The notes under the pieces: model-generated
The model's database searches: none
The model's input: the letters and a program-made list of their open reading frames with translations, nothing else
Told to the model about the DNA's origin: nothing
Made by a program: the position numbers and the translations under genes
Part shown: positions 26,401 to 38,700 of the stretch, piece by piece
How the letters are laid out: each line of letters begins with the position of its first letter
How positions within the stretch are numbered: the stretch's first letter is position 1
Assembly (NCBI RefSeq): GCF_035084215.1
Contig: NC_090351.1
Span: forward strand, 33,852,001 to 33,916,000
Direction of reading: 5' to 3'
DNA from: Heptranchias perlo
Lineage: Eukaryota
DNA: 64,000 nt

Positions 26401-29400
26401 GCAGAGAGATGTGTGCCAAGTGTCTGAACCAGTTTGTGGGAGTTAAGAAGCAAGTGGGAGTTAAGGGAGTTGGGCAGGAGGTCTCTGCAGGAACTCATGG
26501 GTGTGCTTGAGTCTGGCTTCATCTCCTTTCCACCCCCTGCCATGGCAGAGTTGAAGGAAGAGCTGGAGCCTGTTAGTGTTGACAAAGGGTTTTTAGGATT
26601 GTGCATGCAAGTAATTCCCTTTCGGGGAGATGAGTCGCCATAACGTTAGATCCCAAGCTGGGAGCCCCTTAACCAGAGTGCATTGTGAAGGGTTAGTTGT
26701 GTTGCTGCTACTTTTAGATGGTGAAGAGTGTGCTGATGCCAGGGATGTAAAGGGAGTGTGGCCAGTGTATTACTTGCTGGCCCTGGTCAGGTCATTAAAG
26801 TTCTTTGGCTCTTGGGTGAGAGTTTTTAGTCACTGCGAGTGCCATTTCCCTTCGGCTGGCACAGGTGATATTTCTGGCACAACTCCCCTGCTTTTCTTCA
26901 AATAATACCATGGGTCTCATATCCTCGGCAGACTGGACCATGGCTTAAAAACCAATCCGAGAGGCAGCACCTCTGACAGTGCAGCACTCGCTCAGTACAG
27001 CATTAAAGTGTCAGGCTACATTATGTGCTCAAATCTCTGGAGTGGGGCCTGAACCACAACCTTCTGACTCAGAGGTGAGAGTGCTGCCACTGAGCCAAGG
27101 CTGAAGCTCGTCTCTGGACCGAGATTGCCCTCAGACCCGGCCGTATTTCCAGCACTTGGTTATTTTACACAGGGGAGGTCGACTCATTGGTCACCATCTG
27201 TCAGGAAGCACATCTTCACACAAAGACTGGTGGAAATCTAGAACTCTCTACCCCAAAACGCTGTTGAGGCTGGGGGTCAGTTGAAAATTTCAAAACTGAG
27301 ATTGATGAATTTTTGTTAGGTTCGGGCATTAAGGGATATGGAACCAAGGTGGGTAAATGGAGTTAAGATCAGCCCATGATCTAATTGAATGGCAGGGCAG
27401 GACGACTCCTGTTCCTATGTTCCGATGACTGACATTTCCCTCAGATCGAGCCGTATTTTCTGCACTGGGTTCTTATACATATGGGAGGCCAACTCCTTGG
27501 TCTCCACCTGATGGTCTGCGATTGATACCTTGCAGGCGTTTGGATCTTGTTGCGCAGGGAAATAGGTGGCCAGCAAGCTGTCTGATTCAAAAATATTTTC
27601 GTTTTCTTTAAAGCCTTCAAATTTTATTCGGGGCGCCTGTGCATGGCAGCACTCTGAGAGTTTTGTTGGCCCAGGGCCCCCTCCGCCGATACCTGAACGT
27701 GACACACGTTATTTGTCTGTCAGCTGAAGAGATAAGGAGGGTGAAATTCGTCATGGGCATTACTGCAAAATGGACACCAGCAAAACAGCAGCCCATTTTA
27801 CACTCCGCACGATTTTCTTTTCCATCGTGGCCCAAGACAAATTTCACCTCGAATTTACACTGGAAATCTGTCTTATTTCTTTGTGTACCTGATGGGTAAA
27901 AGTTTCACTGTTGACCCTGTAGCCCTCATCCCAGATTACTTTACCATAAGGTCATGTTTCAGTTCATTGGCAGCGTGTGCCTGAATCATCACAGGCATGA
28001 AATGCATGGAGGAAGTAGTGAATTTTTGAATCTTCTCCTGATCGATAATAAGTTTTTGGAAACTGAAAAATGATGAGAGAATTCTGAAGAAATGCTGTAA
28101 ATTTATTTTAAGTGTCTGCATTATTTTTGTCAGTGCCCAGCTAAGTAAATGTCTTGTCATGTACACCTCCATTCAGACCTGTTGTTCTGTTTCTTCTTCT
28201 CTCCCCTTAACCCTTCCTTTTCCCAGTTAAAATGCAATCTTGTCCCATTGATGTAATGAGACAGTTAGAGGAGCGGTAAAGGTGAGTGTTCTCACTTATA
28301 ATTTATTCCTCAAATCAATAGTTTTCATAACATTGAATGTCAGATGTCACAGATTTATTAAGTCTACACCTGCATTTAAACATACACTTAACAGCAGTAC
28401 TTACGACAAAAACCTTACGAGTTAAGTCGGTGGACTCAAACGCGTTACAATTCCAACCTCAGTATGTTGGTTGCAGATCATAATCGAGTCCCGAGTATCT
28501 GTTCCAACACCTACTTTTTACACCTTTTTCTTACCCCCTCTACGAGACAGTCCACACGTTACAGTATTACCAAATACAAGTCCATATAAGGTGAATATTA
28601 ATGATCTGCTTCCTTTGTTCCTTATCAATAATTTTAGCTTTTATCCAGTTATTTTTCCATAGATTGGTACAATTCCCCAACCTTTTTATCTTATCAAAGC
28701 TTCACTCTTGTTGCTATTCTATCAAGTGAAACTACTAATTTTAAATCTGGACCATGCCATACCAATCTCTTGCTTCTAAAAACGATGATGTGTTCGCAGA
28801 TGCTTCCTTCCGCAGCAACTGATTAAAGTTCTCTGGAGTAAGCACTGGAATGTTTTTAATTAGGTTGATTGTCTAAACTGACCATTGCTTTAAGGTCAGT
28901 CTTAATTCAACAGTTCAGTGGTTACTGCATCTAAGTTGACTTACACTTCCTCACTCAACAGGCTAAAGGTTACTATTACTACAATATGAAGAGAAATCAG
29001 TAGCAGTATAACATTAGCAGATTTCAGGACAATCTGATTAACACAAATTAATGAGGCCCCCCGCCTGTTTAGTTAGGCAACTCATCCACATGCAGAATCT
29101 TGCAGGTTCAAATCTGCAATGGCACGAATAGGTCGGGACCTGAACGGGTAGGTTTTTAACAACCGACCCACTTGGTTAAAATCAACCGCTCCTTTTTTTA
29201 TAAAACACACTCAATATTAATTTTACCCAATAAAGCTTTTGAAATTTATCCTCTTCTTCCTCAAAATTATTTGAAGAAAAATGACTGAGCCGAAATGCTC
29301 GATGCTTTAGAGAAATATTCCATTTGTACAGCTGACTGAATTGTCCTTTTGCATTCTATGAAATTAGCTACACTATAACTACACTGCATCATATGACTAC

Positions 29401-29748
29401 ACTTCGGCAAATCCTTTACAAATGCAGACAGAGGAATATATAATCTGAAAAATTGACACAAAAAGTGTGACAAAAATGTATCAACAGGAAATCAGGTTGT
29501 GCAGACAGAAAGTGGCCACAGACATAAATTTTTAACACGATGTAGATAGATAGAAAAATAGCCACCAATTCGAAGCACGCAGCCATCATTTTAGTTTTGA
29601 TTTTTTTCTCCACTAATTTAATAGTCAAGTTCATTTAATGACCAATTCCATTTTTTATGTACATTTGGTGAAAAGGGAAAGCTGGATGAACAATGAATAT
29701 TTGATCAGGACACAAAATTCCATCAAGGTAGATGCAATCAGGAAATCT

Positions 29749-29796
29749 TCATCTTGCCACGTTGGCCGACCTGTGGTGATCTGATTCGTTGAGGAG
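29749..29796 (-). CDS. Gene C cytoplasmic exon
   Basis: LLNESDHHRSANVAR*. Confidence 0.7.
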   Translation of the reverse strand, partial: LLNESDHHRSANVAR

Positions 29797-32700
29797 CTGA
29801 AAGTGAAAATATTTAATGCATCAGATTCATTGATATTGAGAAGTTTGCGTTATTTTACATGTCAGTTCTGAACAGAATTCTATCTGAAACTGTTAACAAG
29901 TTGAGGAAAGGCCTGCGATAGACTGGAGCTGTGTTGAGATCACACTCCTCCCTCCCCCATCACCATTGCACGTGTGCTGGGAAAAGGTGTCAGTTGTGCC
30001 CCTTTTGCTGGAACACCATTTTCTCACATTCAACATGGGTTTTTCTGCAACCGTGACGGTGGACAGTTGACATCAGAAAACGGTTGACTTTATTAAATAT
30101 ATTTTAGATAGTCCAGTTGAGGTTCCCAGCAACAATAGAATTAGGTCTGTGTCTGAGCACCCTGGTGCTCGACTGGATAAACAAATCAGAATGGAATCTT
30201 TTCTTGACTGTATTAGTACAGCTTGGCTCAGTGGTAGCACTCTCATTTCAGATGTCAAAAGGTTGTGGGTTCAAGTCCCAGTCCAGGGACTTCAGCACAT
30301 AATCTAGGCTGGCACTTCAGCACTGTGCTGAGGGAGTGCTCTATTGTCAGATGAAACGTTAATGGAGGGCCCCATCTGTTTGTTCAGGTGGACAGAAAAG
30401 ATTCCATGACACTATTTGAAGAAGAGCAAAGGAGTTCACCCAATATTCTGGCCAAAACAGATTATCCAGTCATTTATCTATCTCATCTGCTGTGTTTGGG
30501 ACCTTTCTGTGTGCAAATTGTCTGCCACTTTTGTCTCCATAACAACAATAACACTTCAAAAGTAATTCATTGGATGCAAAGAGATTGGGACGTCTTGAGG
30601 ATATAAAAGAGTCTATATAAACGCAGGTTCTTTCTTTATTATATCTGTGACAAATATTTTTGAAAGAATTTTTGGAGTGTTTCATACAGTCCTTAATCCC
30701 TACCTTAGTTTTTCTCGTACACGTTGTGACTGAAACAGTACAAATCACCAGGAGAGCAAAGAGCACCCAGCGTAGCACACTCCACACAATGTAACTGAGC
30801 AAAAGGGGAGAAATACAAAATCATTCACAAGAAACGGGACTGCTTTGTGTTTTAAACATTTATCTCCTGTTTACACTGTAATCTTAGTATTTTGTATCAA
30901 TGTAAAGCAGCAGAACCAAGGGACTTTAGCTGGGAAACTAAACTAGTGTTTGACTTATGGAGGAAAGTCAACTTTGTGATCATTAGATAAAGGCCAAATG
31001 AAGCAAAGTTCATGAACATGTCCACAATGTGTAGCTATAAAGGCAAGGCACAATTTTATAATTGAGAACTTTATAAAAGTGACTGACCCTCTGCCTGGGG
31101 CCATGTAGCAGTGGTAATATGTCTCCTCAGGGATGATCACAATAACATCAACCTACAACTGCTCATCTGCACCTTCTTTCAGGCAATTGCTGAGCAGCTG
31201 GAAACAGTCAACCTTCCCGTTCTCTCAGTTTGGAAACAGTGTATAACATGGGTAAACTGAAAAGGTGAAAATGACGGAGAATGCAAATGCCACTCCAGAA
31301 TAGTGGAAGGCAAAACCAGCATTGCTGGGGTTTGGCAAGTACAACTCATCTCACGCCATGAGACGAGGTTTGGGGTGAAGTCATCATGGTGAATAATGCA
31401 AACAGCACCACCTGAGGGGTGGCAAAATGGAGGTGCTTATTTCTTATTCTTATTTTCCACCGACAAAAATAGCACCTTTGTTCGGAAGCTAACACAACAG
31501 CATGATGTAAATCCAGCCACCATTTCCATTATGATCAGTTATAGTCTGGAACAGTAAATATTTGTGAACCCTTGTGCCAAATTTCTTAAAGAACATTTAT
31601 TTTCTCAGATGCAAACAGTGCCAATCAAAACACAAGCAATGAGAACATTGTACCTTTTACTGGCAGATGTGGATCCTGAAGATGTGGTTTGATTATCAGT
31701 GGAATTGATATTTTTACTTGTGGAACATGTGGTTTTTGGTGATACTGTTGAAAATTCTTCACAAGTATATACAGGTCCTATTGAGGCAAGGGAATAAAGT
31801 TTAGATTCATCAGATTCTCACTTGTAGTCAACCATGAGAACACTACTCTTAAATGGAACCTCAGTGCTTGGAGTAAAATCCTGGTTGGTATATTGGATTT
31901 GGATGCTTTCATTTCTGTGCAATTTCCCCTCTCTGGTAGCAAGGAGAGATGCTGCTAACACCTGGCAGCGGCCCAATTTTATTGATATATCAGTTATTTC
32001 CCCATATCCAAGTGTTTGCAGTACAGAATTACTATTGGGACAGTTAAAGGTATCGGGTTGGTGGGACTCCAAACCAGATATTCCCTTTTTTGCCCCACGC
32101 AAACGTAAAGGAAAGTTAGAGCCAGGGAATGATCTCTGCCACCACCGGAAAGTGTATTCCTGGGCGCCTAGCAACCACGATGCTGCCCTGGAGCGATGTC
32201 CTCAGTGGAATAGGAACATCAGCAGTGCATTGAGCACATCGGGAAATATTGGACCAATAATTACTGTTGTCGATATTAGTAGACAAGCAGTTAAAATTCG
32301 TAAGGCGTTCCTCGTTTAAAAGAATGTTTCATTCAAAATAGCAGATAAAGGAATGTCAAACGCACACATTAAACAGTCGCCTGCTAATATTGACAACGGT
32401 CAATTCTAGCCTCTTGGGGTCGGTTTCCTGAGCTTGCCAAGTGATGGGAAACCTCAGCCACCAGGAGTGGATATCGCAAATCAGGGACAGGCTCGCAAAC
32501 AGATGCAATAGATATTAGTTTTAAAAATTCAGTTCCCATATTGTTTGTTTAAAGTAACACTTACCAATGCTGCTGATTCGAGCCACATAACTGCAGTTTT
32601 TCTCTGATCTGTTCAAGAGTGACACGTCAACCATTTCACTGGATTTTCCTCCATTATTATTTGAGGCTCTGCAGTAATATTGATGATGATCTTGGGTGAA

Positions 32701-35700
32701 GGAAGAACATTGTAGATCCAGTTTATCAGTGTCAGAGATGGTTAAATCTTCAGACGTGGCCTTTTTATACCATGTGTACCAAATGGGAAGGGACCCTTGG
32801 ACAGACTCACAGGAGACTGACACTGAGCCCCCAAAACATGAGGCATTTGCTGGTGATAAAAATCGAAGTACAGGAACAGACACAGATTCTGTGGGAAAGA
32901 AACAAACATTCAGACACTGACTGACTCTGCTTCTTGCACTGGATCCAAACTATCCCTGATCTTTAATGGGATGAGAGAGATTAAATAACTTTCAAAAGCA
33001 CCTGAAAGAAGAGGAACAATTGAGAAAGTTTTTGCTTTTTTTGAAAAAAAGCAGCATAATTGATCCAGATGGAAATAATCTTCCCATCATTTTTGCTTTG
33101 ATGAAAACCATCATGAATTTGCCAGGTTGGAGCAGTCTATGTGCTAGAAATTGGGATGTGTTTTGTTCCAATTCCGGGCGTAAAATGGTGCAACGTATAC
33201 CAATTGCTGGGCGTGAAGTCCTGTGCCTGATTTGCATTGGGGCATGCCCACTGCCCTATTGGTCGACACTATTTTTAGGCGTCCCTAGTGGTCGCCTGAA
33301 AGCAGCGTTGCTTTAATTTAAATATGCAAAGAACGGTCCTGGGCTTGTTTTAGCAAGCTTCTGCAAAATTTGTCAGAAACTAGGCAGAGCATACACCGAA
33401 TGATCTGACTGGTTTACCCAGTTCTACAGCGGCCTAACCAGAATTCCTTGAAGAGACCCGTGGAGATCACTGAAGAATCGCGACTGCGCTCGGTCCTCCA
33501 GCGTTTTCCTCCGGTGTCCAAGCAGGACGTTCCTGAGGGCCGCTGGTGAATAGACAGCAGCCTCAAATTTGATCCCCAATGTCGGCAGTAGCCAGCAGCT
33601 CGCCTCTATTATCGAAATGAGGCCAATTTCAGATGACCCTTAGGCCTCTGGCTTCTTGGGGCGCGCTTTCAGCCTGTCGCTTATTTTGGGCCCAGAAATG
33701 AGCCTAAAATAATTTCCAACCCTATTGTTTTCAGGTGGTTTGGTTGAATGTTGAATGCATTTCCAGAAATGGCCTGGCCCAGGTCCAGTTCGTACCAGAA
33801 CTCCCTCATATGGGAATTCTGCAACAAACATCAAAAAATCAAATGCTTTCCAATTTTCATTTGACTTCCGTGACAAAACGAGAATAAGCTTTCCTGCAAC
33901 TCAACCAGGCCCTGCCATTTTGGAACCTCACCAGCACATCTACATCTCCATGTCTCTCCATCCTGCGAGCAGCCTGAACTACCATGTCTAATATCAGAAC
34001 ATAGCAGGGCTCCAGATCAGGAGAGCAGCAATGATACTGGGGATGAGTCAATGTGAAAATCAGGGCTAACAATTTCTCTCTGTAGCAGGTTACCAGCCTC
34101 CAATGCTGTTTAATTGTTTGACACTCGAACATGAACTGGTTGGAGAAGGTCCGAGAAACCACAGCAGAATATGAATGCAAAAAATTGGAGATTTCTGTGT
34201 ATGTTTTGTGGCTTTAGACAGGGAGAGTAATTGTGACTGATTTCATCTAACCGCAGCTGAAAAGGAACTCTTTATCTCAATGTCAAGGGAGTAGCCAAAG
34301 CACAGAGGTGACCAGATTGACATTTTCAATGAGAATTGTCAGGCCTTCAGTGCTGTTGCTGCCACACCCTGTTCTCAGAAACTGATGAGGACAAAATTTG
34401 CTTGGTGACTGGACAGTCTCTCTTTGAAATGCTTATTCTTGCCAGCCTGTCCCTGAGCACTTTTCTACTCACCCACCCAAAATCAACAGGACGTGTAAAG
34501 GACGTAGGAGACTGTATTTAATATTCGATCCATCAGGAGGTTTGCTTGGGAAGAAGTAAATGGGCCATAATTTGCTGTGGCAGAGCATCTAACGACGTCT
34601 GGCGTTAGTTAGACTTGTCCTTGCTCGTTTAGGTTTCAAATTGTTTGTGGGGTAAGTTGCTGATAGTGTGAGCTGATAACGTCGCAGCGAGGGAAACAGG
34701 GCACCTGGGACCTGAGTGAACGGAGCAAGCAACCGTGTATCTCCCAGTCAGATTGAAGGATTGTGAAATAAACAGCACAAGGACTGAGAAAGAAGTGTAA
34801 ATGAGAGTGGGTGAATTCAATGTCCAATCAGATACAGAAAGAGAAATAAAGAGAGGGAAGGAAAGATTGGATTAAGAGAGAGAGAGAAAGGAAAAGTACA
34901 TTTTAAAATCTGCTTGCTCCGTTCACTCAGGTACCAGATGCCCTGTTTCCCTCGCTGCCACGTTATCAGCTCGCACTATCAGCAACTTACCCCAGAAACA
35001 ATTTGAAACCTAAACGAGCAAGGACAAGTCTAACCAACGGCAGACACCGTTGGATGCTCTGCCACAGCAAATTATGGCCCATTATCTTCCTCCCAAGCAA
35101 ACCTCCTGATGGATCAAATATTAAATAGTCTCCTACATCCTCTACACTCCTCTTGATTTTGGGTGGGTGAGAGAGGTTGCTTGGCAGTAATTAACACTTA
35201 TCACATTGTTAAAAGGGAACTTAGACTTGAAATGACTTGACTCAACTTTCTCTGTTGTGTTTAATTCGTATCTACCGTGCAAATACAGCAACTTCACACT
35301 GTTCAATGTATTTCAATGGTGAGGCACACAGTGAGATGCCCTTTTCGCAAAGCTAATGACAGAACGGTGCAACTCGGACAGCAACTTTTGGATGTTTGAG
35401 TTTAACCGCGTATCTGCCCCTCGCCTGATGTTGCTGCACCATTTGTGCATAAATAACGGCGAGCGCCATTAGTCTCATCGCTATTTGACAGTAAAATCTG
35501 GCCCAATGTGTCAACATTAATAAAGAGGCTTCTTTTGCCTTCAATGGAGTTTTCTAGGTTTTCAATTTTAGTTTAGCTCGCTTATAAATTTGAACTCCAT
35601 TACGCTGGCATAAGAAGCTCGCTGATTCTGTATGCCTCCCATCATATCAGGAAACATACAAAAATCTGTTACGCTCTTGTGGATTGATTCCATTTTTGGT

Positions 35701-38700
35701 GTTTTCTAGCCATTTATCCCATTAATGAACACTTGCTTCTTACTGCTTTTGTTCTTGTCTGTCCATTAGTTTTAGCCTGAATGTAAACATCTGACAGTGT
35801 GACATTTGATACAGTTCAGAGACAGGAAGATGTGTTGAGCATCCATGTGAGGTCTGGTGTAATACACTGTAGTTAAAGTAACTGTTGGTCCCATAATACG
35901 TGAAATTTTTGGTTGGATAGTTGGACAGGCCACGAATTGCGTGTGAGCAACACAAGTCGTATTTCCAGACCTCTGCCCACTTCCTGGAAGACTCTGCACT
36001 GCTGCGGAACCTCGGAAAATCAGTGCTGTATTTTTCTTCCTCGACAAAACTATGAACAGACATTTTAGTCGTGTATAATAAAGTATATCACTGAGAAAAG
36101 TACCGTAAGATATTTGTAGCCGTAAAGCAAACAATGGATCGTAGCCAGATTGTTCAATACCACAGCTGTACCATCCTCTATCTCCCGAGTGAAGATCCTT
36201 CATAGTAACAACGAATATTCCTTCTGTCTTGTTATCTGTGATTGACATTCTTCCTCGCTGTCCATCTTGCTCATTTGTTTTTACTAAAACTGAACAACTT
36301 CTAGACCAGCCATGACACCAATATTTCACATATGACCAGTACATATGTTTGTCATAGTAACAGTCTATTGTGATCGCTCTTCCCACAACTCCTGTTACAT
36401 TTTTTTTTGCGCACAATGCACCTGAAAGTGAAGAGACAACACTTCAGAAACAAAAACAGCAACAACAGCTTGCATTTCTAGAGCACCTATAACATAGAAA
36501 AACAAGCTAAGACATCATAAAAAATAAATGGACACTGAGCTAAGGCAGGAGATATTAGGAGAGGTGTGTAACAGCTTGGTCAAAGAGGTGGGTTTTTGTG
36601 GAGGGTCTTAAAGGAGGAGAGGTGGAGGATTTCATACAGGGAATTTCACAATGTGGCACCAAGGTGGTTGAAGGCACACCCATTCCCACTAATGGTGGGG
36701 CAAAGGTAGGGGGACAATGCACAAAAGACCACAGTCAGAGAAACAGAGAGTTCGGAAGGGTGAGTAGGGCTGCAGGGGGTTATATATCTAGGGAGGGGCC
36801 ATGTCATGAAGGGATTTAAACATAAGGATGAGAATTTTAAATCGGAAGTGTTCAGAGACCGAGAGCCAATGTAGGTCAGCAAGGACAGGGGTGACAGATG
36901 AGCGGGACCTGAAACGGGCAGCAGAATTTTGGATGAGTTGATGTTTATGGTGAGTGTAAGAGGGGAGGCAGGCCAGGAGAACATTGGAATAGTTCAATCT
37001 GGAGGCAACAAAGACATGGATGTGGGTTTCAGCAGCAGACGGGTGGAGGCGTGCAATGTTACGGAGGTGGAAGTAGGCAGACTTTGTAATGAACTTGATA
37101 TCTGCAGGAAATGAGCTACAGATTGTCTGTAAGATCAATGAGCAAGACCTCGAGGGTATTAATCACAGGATTATTCCCAGTGCCACATGGTAATCAGTAT
37201 AAGAATAGTAAGATAAGGGAAGTAATTTTGTGACTGGAGAGATGGTTTAGAAGCTCATAGGATCGAGGGAAAAGTACGGACTTGGTTAGGAAATTGGCTG
37301 AGCGAAAGGCGACAGAGAGTAGGGATAATGGGTAATTATTCACATTGGCAGGATGTGACTAGTGGAGATCTGTTTGGGGCCTCAATTATTCACAATATTT
37401 ATTAACGACTTAGATGAAGGCATAGAAAGTCTCATATCTAAGTTTGCCGATGACACAAAGATTGGTGGCATTGTAAGCAGTGTAGATGGAAACATAAAAT
37501 TACAAAGCGATATTGATAGATTAGGTGAATGGGCAAAACTGTGGCAAATGGAATTCAATGTAGACAAATGTGAGGTCATCCACTTTGGATTAAAAAAGGA
37601 TAGAACAGGGTACTTTCTAAATGGTAAAAAGTTTAAAACAGTGGATGTCCAAAGGGACTTAAGGGTTCAGGTGCATAGATCATTGAAGTGTCATGAACAG
37701 GTGCAGAAAATAATCAATAAGGCTAATGGAATGCTGGCCTTTATATCTAGAGGACTGGAGTACAAGGGGGCAGAAGTTATGCTGCAGCTATACAAAACCC
37801 TAATTAGACAGCACCTGGAGTACTGTGAGCAGTTCTGGGCACCGCACCTTCGGAAGGACATGTTAGCCTTGGAGGGAGTGCAGCGTAGGTTTACTAGAAT
37901 GATACCCGGACTTCAAGGATTAAGTTACGAGGAGAGATTACACAAATTGGGGTTGTATTCTCTAGAGTTTAGAAGGTTAAGGGGTGATCTGATCGAAGTT
38001 TATAAGATATTAAGGGGAACAGATAGGGTGGATAGAGAGAAACTATTTCCGCTGGTTGGGGATTCTAGGAGTAGGGGCACAGTCTAAAAATTAGAGCCAG
38101 ATCTTTCAGGAGAGAGATTAGAAAACATTTCTACAAACTAAGGGTGGTAGAAGTTTGGAACTCTCTTCCGCAGACGGCAATTGATACTAGCTCAATTGCT
38201 AAATTTAAATCTGCGATAGATAGGTTTTTGGCAACCAAAGGTATTAAGGGATATGGGCCAAAGGCAGGTATATGGAGCTAGATCACAGATCAGCCATGAT
38301 CTTATCAAATGGCGGAGCAGGCACGAGGGGCTGAATGGCCGACTTATGTTCCTATGTTCCTAAGAAAAGGGTTCAGATTCCTGGCAGTTTGGGATCAGGT
38401 CTGGAAGAGGAGCATCCTGTAGAGAACGGGAGGACTTTACTTGAACAGCAGTTAAGATTTGTATGGCATTCCTCGTTTAAAAGAATGTTTCTGTTGAAAT
38501 GTCAGATAAAGGAACGTCATGCACACATTAAACAGTTGACTGCTAATATTGACAACGGTCAATTCCAACCTCTTGGGGACACTTTTCTGAGCTTGCAGAA
38601 GTGATGGGAAACCTCAGACACCAGGAGTGGATATCACATATTAGGGACAGGCTCGCAAACAGATGGAATAGACATTAGTTTTAAAAATTCAGTTACCATA

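Larger units (their letters stand above)
14886..29674. repeat. Tandem segmental duplication unit 2 (~14.8 kb)
   Basis: colinear with unit 1, mostly near-identical with small indels. Confidence 0.95.

Noticed and set aside
1-29674. Units 1 and 2 as a false haplotypic duplication
   Set aside because: Three or more colinear copies with copy-specific indels, TE insertions and coding changes favour real paralogues; read depth would settle it
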